From Eledone cirrhosa (taxonomy: Eukaryota), in NCBI GenBank assembly GCA_964016885.1, contig OZ024742.1, positions 143,406,001 through 143,470,000 on the forward strand: DNA of 64,000 bases, given 5' to 3'. Positions 40,395 through 55,290 of the stretch are shown piece after piece (positions within the stretch are counted from its first letter, which is position 1; each line of letters starts with the position of its first letter). Both the position numbers and the translations under genes were made by a program. The notes under the pieces were generated by a model. It saw only the letters and a list, made by a program, of their open reading frames with translations, was not told the DNA's origin and did not search any database.

Positions 40395-43261
40395 GCTGCT
40401 GCTGCTGCTGCTGCTTCTTCTTCTTCTTCTTCTTCTTCTTCTTCTTCTTCTTCTTCTTCTTCTTCTTCTTCTTCTTCTTCTTCTTCTTCTTCTTCTTCTT
40501 CTTCTTCTTCTTCTTCTTCTCCTTCTTCTTCTACCCTACATCATTACCATCATCTTCATTGTCATCATCACCACCACCACTACCGTCACCACCACCACCA
40601 TCATCATTCTTCTCAAAACCACTACCTACTCCGCCACCGCTGCCGCCACGACGTCGACGACGACGACCACCACCACCACCACCGCACCACCACCACCATC
40701 ACCACCACCACCACCACCGCACCACCACCACCACCACCACCACCACCGCCACCACCACCACCGCCACCACCACCGCCACCACCACCATCACCGCCACCAC
40801 CACCAACACCACCAACTCCACCACCACCGCCACCACCACCACCACCACCACCATCACCACCACCACCACCGCACCACCACCACCACCACCACCGCCACCA
40901 CCACCACCGCCACCACCACCGCCACCACCACCGCCACCACCACCACCACCACCACCATCACCACCACCACCACCACCGCACCACCACCACCACCGCCACC
41001 ACCACCGCCACCACCACCACCACCACCACCACCGCAACCATCACCACCACCACCACCGCCACCATCACCACCACCACCACCGCACCACCAACACCACCAA
41101 CTCCACCACCACCACCACCACCACCACCACCGCCACCACCACCACCACCACCACCACCACCACCAACTCCACCACCACCGCCACCACCACCACCACCACC
41201 ACCATCACCACCACCACCACCGCACCACCACCACCACCACCACCACCACCACCGCCACCACCGCCACCACCACCGCCACCACCACCGCCACCACCACCAA
41301 CACCACCAACTCCACCACCACCACCACCACCACCACCACCGCCACCACCACCACCACCACCACCACCACCACCACCACCTCCACCACCACCACCGCCACC
41401 ACCACCGCCACCACCACCACCACCGCCACCACCACCACCGCCACCATCACCACCACCACCACCGCACCACCACCACCACCACCACCACCACCACCGCCAC
41501 CACCACCACCGCCACCACCACCAACACCACCAACTCCACCACCACCACCACCACCACCACCACCACCACCGCCACCACCACCACCACCACCGCCACCACC
41601 ACCACCACCGCCACCGCCACCGCCACCACCACCGCCACCACCACCAACACCACCAACTCCACCACCACCACCACCACCACCACCACCACCGCCACCACCA
41701 CCACCACCACCGCCACCACCACCACCACCACCACCACCGCCACCACCACCACCACCACCACCACCACCGCCACCACCACCACCACCGCCACCACCACCAC
41801 CACCACCACCACCACCACCACCACCGCCACCACCACCGCCACCACCACCACCACCGCCACCACCACCACCGCCACCATCACCACCACCACCACCGCACCA
41901 CCACCACCACCACCACCGCCACCACCACCACCGCCACCACCACCGCCACCACCGCCACCACCACCGCAACCACCACCACCACCGCAACCATCACCACCAC
42001 CACCACCACCACCACCACCACCACCACCACCGCACCACCACCACCACCACCACCACCACCACCACCACCACCACCACCACCACCACCACACCATCACCAC
42101 CACCACCACCACCACCATCACCACCACCACCACCACCACCACCACCACCACACCACCACCACCACCACCACCACCACCACCACTACCACTACCACCACCA
42201 CCACCACCACCACCACCACCACCACCGCACCACCACCGCACCACCACCACCACCACCACCACCACCACCATCACCACCACCACCACCACCACCACCACCA
42301 CCACCACCACCACCACTACCACTACCACCACCACCGCACCACCACCGCACCACCACCACACCACCACCACCACCACCACCACCACCACCACCACCACCAC
42401 CACCACCACCACCACCACCACCACCACCACCACTACCACTACCACCACCACCGCACCACCACCACACCACCACCACCACCACCACCACCACCACCGCCAC
42501 CCCCATCATTACGCTAACCATCAACAGCAGTATTATATCTTTCAAGACATGCCGTAGCAATAACAATCACAGCAGCAGCTGCTGTTGTCTAAACGCCATT
42601 ACCGTCATCACCAGCTGCCTCGGTGACGTCGGCACTATAATCATCTTGATGACGATGACGGTCACGACGAGGACGGCAGTAACGATGATGATGATGATGA
42701 TGATAATGATGATGATGATGATGACGATCACGACGATAGCGACAGCAGCGATGATGACCAACACCACCACCACCACCACCACCACCACCACCACCATCAT
42801 CGCCATCATCACTATCACCACCACCACCACCACCACCACCATCATCACTATCACCATCATCACCACCAACACCACCACCAACACCACCACCAACACCACC
42901 ACCACCACCATCATCGCCATCATCACTATCACCACCAAATTCACCACCACCACCACCACCACCACCACCATCGCCATCATCACTATCACCACCAACACCA
43001 CCAGCACCACTACCGCCATCGCCATCGTCAACACCACCACCACCACCACCACCACCACCACCACCATGTAGATGTCTACTAAGATACCAACAGCTGCCAC
43101 AACAACAACAACGGTAATGATAGAATTAAAAACAATATCTAGATTAGTATTAATTTCCTGTCAATTTCCGTTAATTTTCGATACGAAGAAAACAGAATAA
43201 TTTTTTATTTTTTATTTTTATGTTTATAAAAGAAAGAACGCGGCAGCGGCAACAACAACAG

Positions 43262-43326
<65 letters not shown>

Positions 43327-43463
43327 ACAACAACAAACAACAGCAACAGCAACAGCAACAGCAACAACAGCAACAACAACAGCACCAGCAACAGCAGCAA
43401 CAGCAACAACAACAACAGTAACAACAACAGCAGCAGCAACAGCAGCAGCAGCAACAACAGCAC

Positions 43464-43498
<35 letters not shown>

Positions 43499-43538
43499 AC
43501 AGCACCAGCAACAGCAACAGCAACAGCAACAACACCAA

Positions 43539-43573
<35 letters not shown>

Positions 43574-43578
43574 ACAGT

Positions 43579-43609
<31 letters not shown>

Positions 43610-45453
43610 ACAACAACAGCACCAACAACAGCACCATCAACAGCAACAACAACAGCACCAGCACCAGCAACAGCAACAGCAACAACAGCAGCACCAGCAA
43701 CAGCAACAGCAACAACAACAACAGCAGCACCAGCAACAACAACAACAGCAGCACCAGCAACAGCAACAGCAACAACAACAGTAACAACAAGAACAGCAAC
43801 AACAACAACAAGAACAGCAACAACAACAACAGCAACAATAGCAACAGCAACAACAGCCACAACAGCAACAACAACAATAACAACAACAGCAACAACAGCA
43901 ACAGCAACAACAGCAACAACAGCAACAACAACAATAACAACAACAGCAACAACAGCAATAGCAACAACATCAAATGCAGCAACATTAAGAAGAACAATAA
44001 CAGTAATAAGGAAGAGAACAAAAACAACGGCAACATCAAACGTAACAGGGTGGGGTCTATGTGGTCATTGAACTTGCTAGATACAGTAGCTAAATATACC
44101 TTAACTCTAACTGTATGTAATGATTTAGCAGAAACATGTAAAGGGGAATTTATTAAGTTAAAAGTTTATAGTATCTATGAGGGCCGACTAAAAATTTCAT
44201 AGGCTGCAAAGTTTATAGGCTGCGAAGTTCATAGGCTAAAACGTTCATAGGCTGCAAAGTTCATAGGCTGCAAAGTTAATAGGCTGCAAAGTTCATAGGC
44301 TAAAACGTTCATAGGCTAAAAAGTTCATAGGCTGCAAAGTTCATAGGCTGCAAATTCCATAGGCTGAAAAGTTCATAGGCTAAAAAGAGCATAGGCTAAA
44401 AAGTTCATAGGCTGCAAATTTCATAGGCTGCAAAGTTCATAGGCTAAAACGTTCATAGGCTAAAAGGTTCATAGGCTGCAAAGTTCATAGACTGCAAATT
44501 TCAGAGGCTGCAAATTTCATAGGCTGCAAAGTTTATAGGCTGCAGAGTTCATAGGCTAAAAAGTTCATAGGCTGACAAAGATACTCAAATGAAATGACCA
44601 AATGAGGTTTACTTTTCAATATTGTCCCTGAAAAGAAACAAAGCTATTAATAAGAAGAGCTGGAATTAATGTATGCAAGATTTCACAGCTCTAGCATCAA
44701 TCGTTCATAATCAGTGTAATAACTTTTCAGCCGACACTCGTATCTATGCTAGTGAAAATTTGCAGTAAGGACTTAAATTTCTAATGTATGGCGGTCATAT
44801 TGGTGGTTTGTACTTTACAAGAATGTTTTGCTTATGCGGTTTCATGTTGATACGGACATTAAGAGTTAAATTACACCCAATCGTAAAATGGCATAAGACA
44901 CATTGGTGCACATTGATCGTCTGCTCAATTAGGGTAGACTTTGAAGCTAAACGACAACAACATCAGGGATTAAACAGCAGCAACAACAACAACCGCAACA
45001 ATAAAATGCAGTAATAACAGCAATAGCAACGGCAACAATGACATCCACAGCAATAATAGCAATAACAACAGCATGAACAAGTTTATTTGCAGCAGACAAC
45101 AACAACAAAAACGTCAAAAGAGCTACAACAGCAACAATATAAATTGGAAGATCTGAAGAAGAAGAAGAAGAAGAAGAAGAAGAAGAAGAAGAAGAAGAAG
45201 AAGAAGAAGAAGAAGAAGAAGAAGAAGAAGAAGAAGAAGAAGAAGAAGAAGAAGAAGAAGAAGAAGAAGAAGAAGAAGAAGAAGAAGAAGAAGAAGAAGA
45301 AGAAGAAGAAGAAGAAGAAGAAGAAGAAGAAGAAGAATGAGAATAATCTTAAGAGGAAAAAGAAAAGGAGGAAAAAGAACAATACAAGAACATTAACAAA
45401 CAACAATAATAACAATTTTATCAAGAGTAACAACATTATCTAAATCGGCAAGA

Positions 45454-45536
<83 letters not shown>

Positions 45537-45625
45537 ATAGTAGTGATGGTGGTGGTGGCAGTGGTGATGGTTGTTGTTGTGGTGGTAGCATTAGTGATGT
45601 GATTGTAGTATTAGTGGTGGTCGTG

Positions 45626-45697
<72 letters not shown>

Positions 45698-45799
45698 TTA
45701 GTGGTGGCAGTAGTGATGGTGGTGGCAGTGGTGGTGGTGGTGGTATTAGTGATGTTAGTATTAGTAATAGTGGTGATTGTAGTATTGATGGTGGTCGTG

Positions 45800-45871
<72 letters not shown>

Positions 45872-45959
45872 ATATTAGTGATAGTAGTATTAGTGGTGGC
45901 AGTAATCGTAGTGGTAGTAGTAAAAGTGGTGGTGGTAGTAGTAGTTGTGGTATTAGAGA

Positions 45960-46039
<80 letters not shown>

Positions 46040-46093
46040 TTAGTGATGGTAGTAGTAGCAGTAACAACATTAATAGGAAGTGAATTAAAAAAC

Positions 46094-46124
<31 letters not shown>

Positions 46125-46240
46125 GAATACGAGAAATGAAAGGAAAAATAGAAGGAAAGCCAATAAAACGATGAATAATAGCAACAATGACAAATATTAA
46201 AAACAACATTAACAATAACATCTACTACAACCACTTCAGT

Positions 46241-46274
<34 letters not shown>

Positions 46275-47372
46275 GAACAACGACAACTGCAACAACAAAA
46301 ACAACAACAATAAAAACAAAAACAACAACAGCAACTACAACAACAACAACAGCGACAGAACAACAACTGCAATAACAACAACAACAACAACAGCGACAGA
46401 ACAACAACTGCAATAACAACAACAACAACAGCGACAGAACAACAACTGCAATAACAACAACAACAACTGCAATAACAACAACAACAGCGACAGAACAACA
46501 ACTGCAATAACAACAACAACAACAACAACAGCGACAGAACAACAACTGCAATAACAATAACAACAACAACAACAACAACAACTATAAGAACAACAACAAC
46601 TATAAGAACAACAACAACAACAACAACAGAACAAGAACAACTGGAACACTAACAACAAATACCTCAACAACTGTAACGACAACAACAACAAGAACAAGAA
46701 CGGTAACTGCAGCAACGGTAATTACAACTGAACAAGTGCAGCAACAAGTGCAGCAACAAATGCAGCAACAACTGCAGCAAAAACAAAAAAAAAAGAACAA
46801 CCAATACAACAACAACAACAGCAACAACATCAACTGTAATGACAACAATATATAATGGTAACTACTAACTATATAAATACATAAATCAAATAACAGGAAT
46901 TGAATAAGTGGAACAGCAAGAAAACTTCATCATCATCATCACCAACATCTTCATCATCATCATCATCATTATCATCAACATCATCATTATCATCATCAAA
47001 ACCATCATTATCACCATTAACATCATCATCATCATCATCAACATCATCATTATCATCATCAAAACCATCATTATCACCATTAACATCATCATCATCATCA
47101 ACATCATCATTATCATCATAAAAACCATCATTATCACCATTAACATCATCATCATCATCAACATCATCATTATCACCATTAACATCATCATCATCATCAA
47201 CATCATCATTATCATCATAAAAACCATCATTATCACCCATTATCATCGTCGTTTTCATCGTTATCATCGTTAACATCATCATCATCATCATCATCATCGT
47301 CCTCCTCCTCCTCCTCCCCCCCTCCTCCTCCTCCTCCTCATTATCATCATCATCATCATCATCATCATCAAC
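40395..47372. repeat. ~7-kb mosaic of trinucleotide arrays: CTG, TTC, CCA, GAT, CAG/CAA, GAA, GTA, CAA, CAT
   Basis: Direct reading; overlapping homopolymeric ORFs in many frames. Confidence 0.95.
44176..44742. mobile_element. Mariner MITE (15645 family) with a 16-bp tandem expansion
   Basis: TATGAGGGCCGACTAAAA..CAGCCGACACTCGTA; about 24 copies of AAGTTCATAGGCTGCA at 44190-44575. Confidence 0.8.
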
Positions 47373-47699
47373 AACTCGAGGATTTCTTCTTTTCAGACAT
47401 ATACATCTGATGAAGTAAAAGAAGAAACAGCAATCAAATACAAAGGATAAAAGAAATAGATTATCTCCCCTTCTCCGCCCACGCCACCACGACGTTATTT
47501 AAATATTAGGAAGGCTTTAGAAAAACTAAACAACTATAACTGTTCTCTATAGATTTAATGGACGAATTTGGAATTGACAAAATGGTGAATTTTGAATTGA
47601 AAAAAAAAAAAAAAAAAAAAAAAAAATGAATACAAAACAGTTTGGTGTAATGATGATAATAGAGATAATAATAATGATGATGATGATGATGATGATGAT

Positions 47700-48092
47700 T
47701 TCTACTATAGGCACAAGGCCAGCAATTTTAGGAGAGGGGGGGAAAGTTGATTAAATCGACCCAGTGCATTACTGGTGCTTTATTTCATCGACCCCGTAAG
47801 AATGAAAGGCAAAGCTAACCTCAACGGGATTTGAACTCAGAACGTAAAGGGACATAACCCTATGTCATAAATCATGCTGTCCGACGCTCTACCGATACTG
47901 CCAAATAATAATAATAATAATTGTTTCTACTTTAGGCACAAGGCCAGCAATTTCAATGGGAGGAGGAAAGTCGATTAAATCGATCCGAGTAAATTACTTG
48001 TGCTTTATTTTATCGTTCCCGTAAGGATAAAAGGCAAAGCTAACCTCGGCGGGATTTAAACACTCAGAACGTAAAGGGTCATAACTCTATGC
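47700..48092 (-). mobile_element. Two tandem SINE family A copies
   Basis: Homology to 23677-23862. Confidence 0.85.
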
Positions 48093-48199
48093 TGTGGCTG
48101 TTCAACATAGCCCCATAAGTCACCAATGCTCGGACACTGAACGAGTGCGTGCAAGTTTGTTTATTGGCCATCCGGGCCGAAAACATTGAGAACAATACG

Positions 48200-49280
48200 A
48201 AAAACAGGAACAGTGGGGGTTTATATATAAACGTATAAAGACATACAGAAAACAGATAACAAATAACAAATTAATAACTACAGAATTTTCCAATAGTGGT
48301 CGAGCATCACCCAGACGTAATTAAGGAAACCCAGCATTAGAGGCAAGTCTCCCCTGCCGTTTGTTCTCTGAGGCCCTTCTCGTTATATTCACCCACCTTT
48401 CCTTTCCATGTGAAACTTAAAAAATTCAATGAGAGCTTGGTCAAAGAGGAATGTGTCTGTCTTCAGTCCTCTACGCCTCGTCTATCACACAAACTATTTT
48501 GCCGTTGTCGCAAGATGGATGAAAACTGCCTGCCCGTTGCAGCAGGTGTCGATAGTGAGTGGGATCCGTCCTTTATACAACAACTCCTGTTCGGCAAAAC
48601 TCTACAAGTCAGCAATTGGATGAGTGGTGTAGAACGATTTCATCGCTCTCCGCGCATCTTGAACAGGCCCGTATGGCAGCACTTCCCTGCCTGTAGAGTT
48701 TATTTCCAACCGGCAGTGACCCATTTCCCCGGTAGCATTGGTAGGTCAGAGATTTCTAGAAACTCTCCATAGTTCCTGGATCAAAAGTTCTCTGAAACAG
48801 ACTAGTCAGTTCATTCTGGTCAACGCCTCGAGTTTTCCCCCAAAATGTCAACGCTCTTGCCCGCCACTAGTGCTTTAGAGAACGGTAAAATGGAATTTCT
48901 ACTGATTGCAGTGCCCAACTGGTAGAGGGCTGTGAGCACTTGACAACATTCCTGACGTAAAACGTCCAGTCTCGGTCTTCGCTTGACTCAAAAGAGGAAC
49001 TGGGTAAAGATGCGTCTAACAAAGAGCGTCCACATCTGTTCACCGTCCAGCCTCAACGCATGTTTGAGAATCAATGGACGTGTACATAGAGGTGAAAGTA
49101 CGCCCTTGACGGGCCGAACGCGTGATCTGAAACGGGCCTGAGAGGTGGCTATTTAGTGTGTCCACCAAGAATTGAATCTGGTCCTTCCCTATCGACTTCT
49201 GTCGTTTGCAGTGTCCAATTGCATTGCCTCTGATCATTCCCTATTGTCTTCCTTCTGTTAATAATGCCCTGCTAGTTGCA
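48200..49280 (-). mobile_element. Degenerate Tx1-like LINE 3' fragment
   Basis: DNA homology to 51230-52080 (GCCTGTAGAGTTTAT); RT remnant LNSHLSGPFQITRSARQG. Confidence 0.75.
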
Positions 49281-49694
49281 GTGTCTTGTCTATAGGTCAT
49301 CCTAAACCGTAGCCGTTTGTTCACCGTTTCTCTCTTTCTTTGTACATTTCTTTCCCTTTAACAGAGACATACTTCACAGCAATTGTTTTAGAATTTTGAT
49401 CGGGGTGTATGTCGATATGTTTATTAACAGATCTAAAGTATGACTGATGGACCGGCGAACTAAAGGCGAGTGGTATTGATCAGGTCAAACACGACTGGCT
49501 AATATTTTGGAGTGCCCTGCGATGGGAAATGTAAGAGAAAAGAGAAAAGCGGATTGACCATGTCCAACAACAATGGCCGTTAAGAGTTTTAAGGGTTTAC
49601 TTCGTTTTCAAAATTCTAGCAATTCAGTCATTTCGATGTTAGGAGCTGCAGGATGTGCATTGAAAGCAAAATTATAAGTAATCGTTTTTAGCTA

Positions 49695-50870
49695 ATGAGA
49701 ATGAGTTACCACAACCCAAAAATAATAAAACAGTGTCGTGAATACTCCAATGAATACTTGAAATATGGTGTTATTACATCTGTAAATAATGAACAGTTAC
49801 TAATGTGTTTAATACGTGAGAAAACCTTATCAAATGAAAGAACGAAACCTTCAAGAATGATTGATCACTTAAAAATAAAGCAGCCGGATAAAGCAAAGAG
49901 GGATATAAACAATTTCCTTGATTTAAAAGGCAAATTTAAAAATCGATCTACACTTAAATGTCTGTTTATAAATAAACACACTGAAGCCAACTTGAGAAGG
50001 AGCTAAGAACATCATACAAAAGTTCAAAACTAATTACTATATAGAGAAAGCCTCATACTATTGGACAAACTCTTATTCTACTAGCTGTGAAAGAAATTGT
50101 TAATATTATGATGAATACACTTGATATTTCTCCGATAAGTCCCTTCAGCTAGAATTGATAAAATGGCAAATGATACTAAAACTAAACTGAATGATGACTT
50201 GAAAACAACTGAATCTTGTTTACAACCCAATGAGATGACATTGCGTAACAACGAAGTTTTATTATTGGCTGATGTTCGCTACTTAAATAGTGATCAGGAT
50301 ATTATTGAGGAATTCTTGTTTGCTGAACAACTACAAATTGAAGCCAAAGGTTCAATAATTTTCAAGACAGGTGAACATTTTTTAAACGATAGAAGTACTC
50401 CCCAAACAAATGCCATTGCATGTGAAACTGGTGATTGGGATGTCATCGTAGAATTTTAGTACATTAAAAAAGAACAATTTCGATTATTTTTAAGATCCAC
50501 TGCATTAAACAATGTCAGCATTTGGTTGTAAAGCACCTCCGTGGTAGATTGCTTGAAACGTTGCAAGTTGTAATCAAAATAGTAAATAAAATAAAGGTCC
50601 TTCTTTGAATACCCGTATATTTCGACAGATTTGAGTGGCTTTTATTACATACCGAAGTTCTGTGGTATACTAAAGAAAATTGTCTGCGACGTTTTAACGA
50701 CCTTTTCCGATTTATTCGACGTTTTTAAAAATCAGTTGAGGAAATAATCTACATTGATCTGGAAAGCATGAGAACTGATTTTGCTGATATTTTTAACATA
50801 TAAAACTAGGTAAACATGAAACTGCATGGAAGTAAGATGTTCTTTATTAAAGCAAAGGCACAACGCGAAT
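49695..50870 (+). pseudogene. hAT (Buster/Charlie-like) transposase pseudogene
   Basis: CREYSNEYLKYG..CLIREKTLSNERTKPSRMIDHL; EKPHTIG..LIL.AVKEIV; IIEEFLFA; many stops and frameshifts. Confidence 0.8.
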
Positions 50871-50873
50871 AAC

Positions 50874-50942
<69 letters not shown>

Positions 50943-51227
50943 GAGAGGGAAGTGCTCTCTTCCCAGCATTTATAATGATTTCTTTATTAACCACAAGGGT
51001 TTACATAAAGTAGACATTAAGGACAGTGTAGGACAATACAGGACTGTACAAATGGGCATTTCTGCGTGTAAAAAACAAAAACAGAGGATGTAACAAAAAA
51101 TAACAATGAAAAATTCCCCAATAGGGGGGAGACTTCGGAGGGACATTTGTGGAGAAAGCCCAGTAAAAAGGCCACAATGACCCTGACCACCAAGGCAAGT
51201 GCCCTCTCCCAGTTTTCCACCTATAAT

Positions 51228-52178
51228 TTACAGATATATACTCAGAGTAAGCACATTCACTCGGGCCATTCTTGCTTCTCTCACCCATCTTTCAACAAAA
51301 TGCTGGGAAGAGAGCACTTCCCTCTCTACCCTGATTTTCCTTTTCAAATGAAATTTGAAAAAGTCAATCAGAGCATCACCGAAGAGGTAAGTGCTCGTCT
51401 TCAGCCCTTTCAAACGTGTCCACCATACTATCTCTTTCGTCATGGCCACCAGACAGATAAAAACTGCCTGCCCTTCCCGGCTAAAGGAGGAGGGCGAGGC
51501 AATCCTCACGATGGACTCAGATGATAGCCGGATCCGTCCTAAACGCGACAGCAGGTGTTCGACATAAACCCACAAGTCAGCAATTTTCGGACACTGGACG
51601 AGTGCGTGCAGGACGGTTTCGTCGCCCTGCGCGCATCTCGGACATGCCCGGCTGACGGCACCTCCATGCCTGTAGAGTTTATCCCGAACTGGCAAGGCTC
51701 CTCGGTAGCACTGCCAGGCCAGAGATTTCTGGAAGTTGTCCATAGGCCCTGGCCCGAAAGTTCTTCCGAAGAGATTGGCTAGTTGATTTTCGTCGACGCC
51801 TAGAGTTTCCCCAAGTACGTTGTCGCTCTTCACCTCCACTAATCCTCTATAGAACGCCGAGGTGGAGTTTCCACCGATCACATTGCCCGATTGGTCGAGG
51901 GCTGTGAGCGCCTGAAGACATTCCAGTCTCCAGGCGCTCCCTCTCGGTCTTCGCTTGACCCAGGACTGCAGCTCCGTCAAGGAAACGAGCTGGGGAAATA
52001 CGTGTCTAGCAAACGGCGACCACACCTGATCACCGTCGAGGAAGAGGTGGAGATGTCGTAGCCTGAGCGCGTGCCTGCGCATCATCAGTCACGGCATGCC
52101 CAGCCCTCCACGTAGCGGGTGTTGACAACAGATGGACCGCCTGACCATCGGAGCGCGTCCCTTCCACAAAAAGCGAAA
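51228..52178 (-). pseudogene. Tx1 ORF2 C-terminal region (zf-RVT-like)
   Basis: FLWKG..HPLRGGLGMP; AWQCYRGALPV; CPRC..ETVLHALVQC. Confidence 0.85.
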
Positions 52179-53130
52179 GCGCCTCGTCTAATTTTCTAAC
52201 TAGTTCTCCTTCTGCTCTATTTTTCTCTATTGCTAAAGCCTTACTAAACCTAATGAATTCTATTCTAATCGCTCTTTTCAGAGCAAACCACCACTTGTTG
52301 TTGACGAAGGCCCCCGTCAACGCCCGCTTAACTAGTTCGCTATTCCGGTCTCTGTAGGCCTTGCGCGCTGGTAAGGACGCGTTTAGCTTCCAGTAGCCGG
52401 GTCCTCGTCTATGAATCCTATCTAAGTCAAGCACACAGATCACGAATTTGTGGTCCGTGTAGCTGACTATCTTGAATTGTGGACAGCCTATGCTAGACCT
52501 ATCTATTTCCCTACAAAATACTCTATCTGGATATGATCTGGATGACCCTATGCGATTTGTCCAAGTCCACATTGGCACATTCGGGAAATCCAATCGGTAC
52601 CTGTCAGACAGTTCAAAACGCCTGAGCAGGTAGGTGAGGCTCTTGCACCCTCCACCCCTATCCGCTAATCCCACACAGTCCCAGCGTGCATATAAGATCC
52701 CGTTCCAGTCGCCCACTAACACTAAAGAGCGGGACGTTCCAAGAAAGGTCTCCAGACGCCGGAAGAAATCAGGCCGCCCTGCTCCTGTCGGGGCATAGAC
52801 GACCACTAGCCTGAAAGCTTGCCCGTCTCCGCTGGTCACATCCAACACCACCAACTTACCCTCTGGGTCCAGGAAGATGGCCTGTATGGCGAGATCCAAA
52901 CCTCTTCGAAAAAGCACAGCAACTCCTCCCCCCGATCCAGGACGGCTGGGAGATGCGTACACATCGTAGCCGCCGAAGATCGGTGCGAAGGCCCGTGCTT
53001 CGGAGATTCTGGTCTCGCTGATGGCCACTACATCTATGTTTAGTGACCTGAGGTCGTTGAGCAGGTGACCCTGCTTCCATGACGACCCCAAGCCACGCGC
53101 ATTTATGCTGCCTATTCTGAGTGAGGTCAT
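52179..53130 (-). CDS. Tx1 ORF2 APE endonuclease domain, truncated
   Basis: IGSINARGL, ISETR, GGVAVLF, VYAP, VGDWN, DHK, GPGYWKLN. Confidence 0.9.
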
Positions 53131-53165
53131 GTTTAAAATAGAGTGGAAAAGATGGGAAAGACCAC

Positions 53166-55290
53166 TTACCGTACTTTTGGTAGAGGAGGGATGGTTTTTA
53201 CATCCCTTTTCACTTGATCGTCTGGTGAAGGGACCGTTGAATCGTCCCTTCGGCTAGTCGTCGGCTCTTCTATGAGTATGTCTGAATATACTCTTCGATT
53301 GATAGTTCCTCCTAGGTCCCTGAAATGACCAACTGCGTTGGGGAATTTTGTTTTAATGTTTGTGTATTGTTTCTGTGCTATTTTTAGCAGTCTTATGTTA
53401 GTTGACGTTTTGATTGGTGCTGGTATTATGCAGTCGTGTTGTGAAATGTCTGTGTGTTCAATTATGTAAGTCATTAGTTTCTTGTTGTGTGTATTTATTG
53501 CCGTGCATTTGTTTTTCTGGGGGTGGGGTGTGGTTCTGCTATTTTCTTGTCGTTGTTGCTGGGTGTGTGTGTTTTGTTGTTGTGTTTGCGATGTTGGTGC
53601 TTGTGGTGGTGGTGTTGAAGGTGTTGTTGGCGGTGGGGTTTTCGCCGGTGGTGATGGTGGTGCTAGTGTGGGTGGTGATGGTGTTGGTGGTGTTGCTGCT
53701 GTGAGTCTCTTTGCAGTAGACTTTACCCTTTTCTCATTTCTTTCCTCCCTTTTCAAAGGCGACGATGCGCTGCTTCTGCGTTTGTGCCTTCTTACGACCT
53801 TTTGCCATCCCTCTCCCACCTCACACTCCATGTCTGATTCTGTGAGGTCGGGGAGGGGTACCAGCTCCACTCTTTCACTTGTTGTTTTTGGTGATGTTTG
53901 CACTGGAGTCTCTGTTGCAGCTGCATTTGGTATTGCTGTTGTTGTTGTTAATACTTCCACTGCTGCTGCTGTTTTTGATTTCCGTGGCGTGGGTATGGGT
54001 GCCACGGACCTATCGTTCCTGGTTGCCGCTTGTCCTGTTGCTGGTAGCCGTGGAGCCGGTTTCGGAAGGAGGGGGGTTTTCTCCTTTCTCAGGGTCTTCT
54101 CGTTGCAGAAGGCCCTGAGGTGAGTCTTCGATCCACAGCGAAAGCATTTCGGGCGTTTGCCCTCAACACTTATGGGCAGTTGAGTGCCGTTATCGAAGTC
54201 TATCACATCCGGGATAGCTTCGATGCACTCCTGGTTGGTTTGGATTAACATCTCAATGGAGGTGCCGACTCAATCTTCTCTTACTTTTTTCTGTACTTGC
54301 AGTACAGTTGTTTTGTCCTCGATTCCGACGAGGACAGACGCGGCCAGCCAAGAAGGGGCCATCACGGGGGGGGGGGGAGTGGGTCAGTTTGACCATCACA
54401 ATTTTTTGCCCGCAGTAGGAGGGCACCAACACCATTTCCTCGCTCCTTAGGGTCACTAAGGATTGAGCCTTTGCCTCCTGGGGTGTGGCAAAAAGCAAGT
54501 CTACGGTGGCATATTTCTTGCCTCGGGTGATATGCGTTTTCCGCTGCCACACAGACCCTAAGGCTTTTTGTATTTGAGCCTCTGTGGCTCTTTCAACCCT
54601 ACGGGATTTTGTGCTTACTGTACGGTACGTGACCGTACAGTGCTGTTGGGTTTCGAAAAAATTTTCGGCTGCCTTGCAGATTGCTCGGTGTCCGGTTTTT
54701 GCCACCATCTTCTTCGCTTCCTGTAATTCCTCATTTGTTATGAGGATGGTTTCCAGGTTCTTTGCGATACCTGCAAAGGAGATTGGTTTTTCTTTGCTGC
54801 TGTTGTTGTTGTTGTCGTCAGAGCTGCTGTTACTTTTGTTGTTGCTGCAGGTACTACAACTACTGCCGCCGCCGCTGTTGCTGTGGTTGTTGTTGTTGTT
54901 GCTGCTACTGTTGTTGTTGCTGCTAATGCTGTTGTTGTTTATGTTGCTGCTGATGCTGTTGCGGCTGCTACTGTTCTTTTCCTTGTCACTGTTACTGCTG
55001 TTATTACGGCTGCTACTGCTATTATTCCTGACGTCAGACGAATGAAATGGGTTTTCGTATTTCCCGCACACCTTTTTCGTCGTTGTCGTCGTCGTCGTCG
55101 TGGAGAAATCTTGCACGCTTTGCACGTGATATTTCTTTTCTGGCGTCGCTTGCGAAAGAGAAGGGAGGGAGAGAGACACATTTAGAGAAGGGAGGGAGAG
55201 AGACAATCTTCTCTCTGCTGTAGTGACGATTGAGGAAGAAGAAGACGGAATGAGTGGGAGTGACCTATGAAAATTCTTTTTCGTAGCCAT
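53166..55290 (-). pseudogene. Tx1 ORF1 with CCHC zinc knuckle, frameshifted
   Basis: Start MATKKNF at 55290; CFRCGSKTHLRAFC; probable frameshift at the G-run near 54366-54377. Confidence 0.8.

Noticed and set aside
40367-44071. Long ORFs (716, 725 and 283 aa) resembling extensin, mucin or antifreeze proteins
   Set aside because: Open in several frames and on both strands because CCA and CAG/CAA repeats lack stops; no codon or domain signal.
44190-44575. CRISPR-like array
   Set aside because: Contiguous 16-bp tandem with no spacers, inside a MITE, in eukaryotic DNA.
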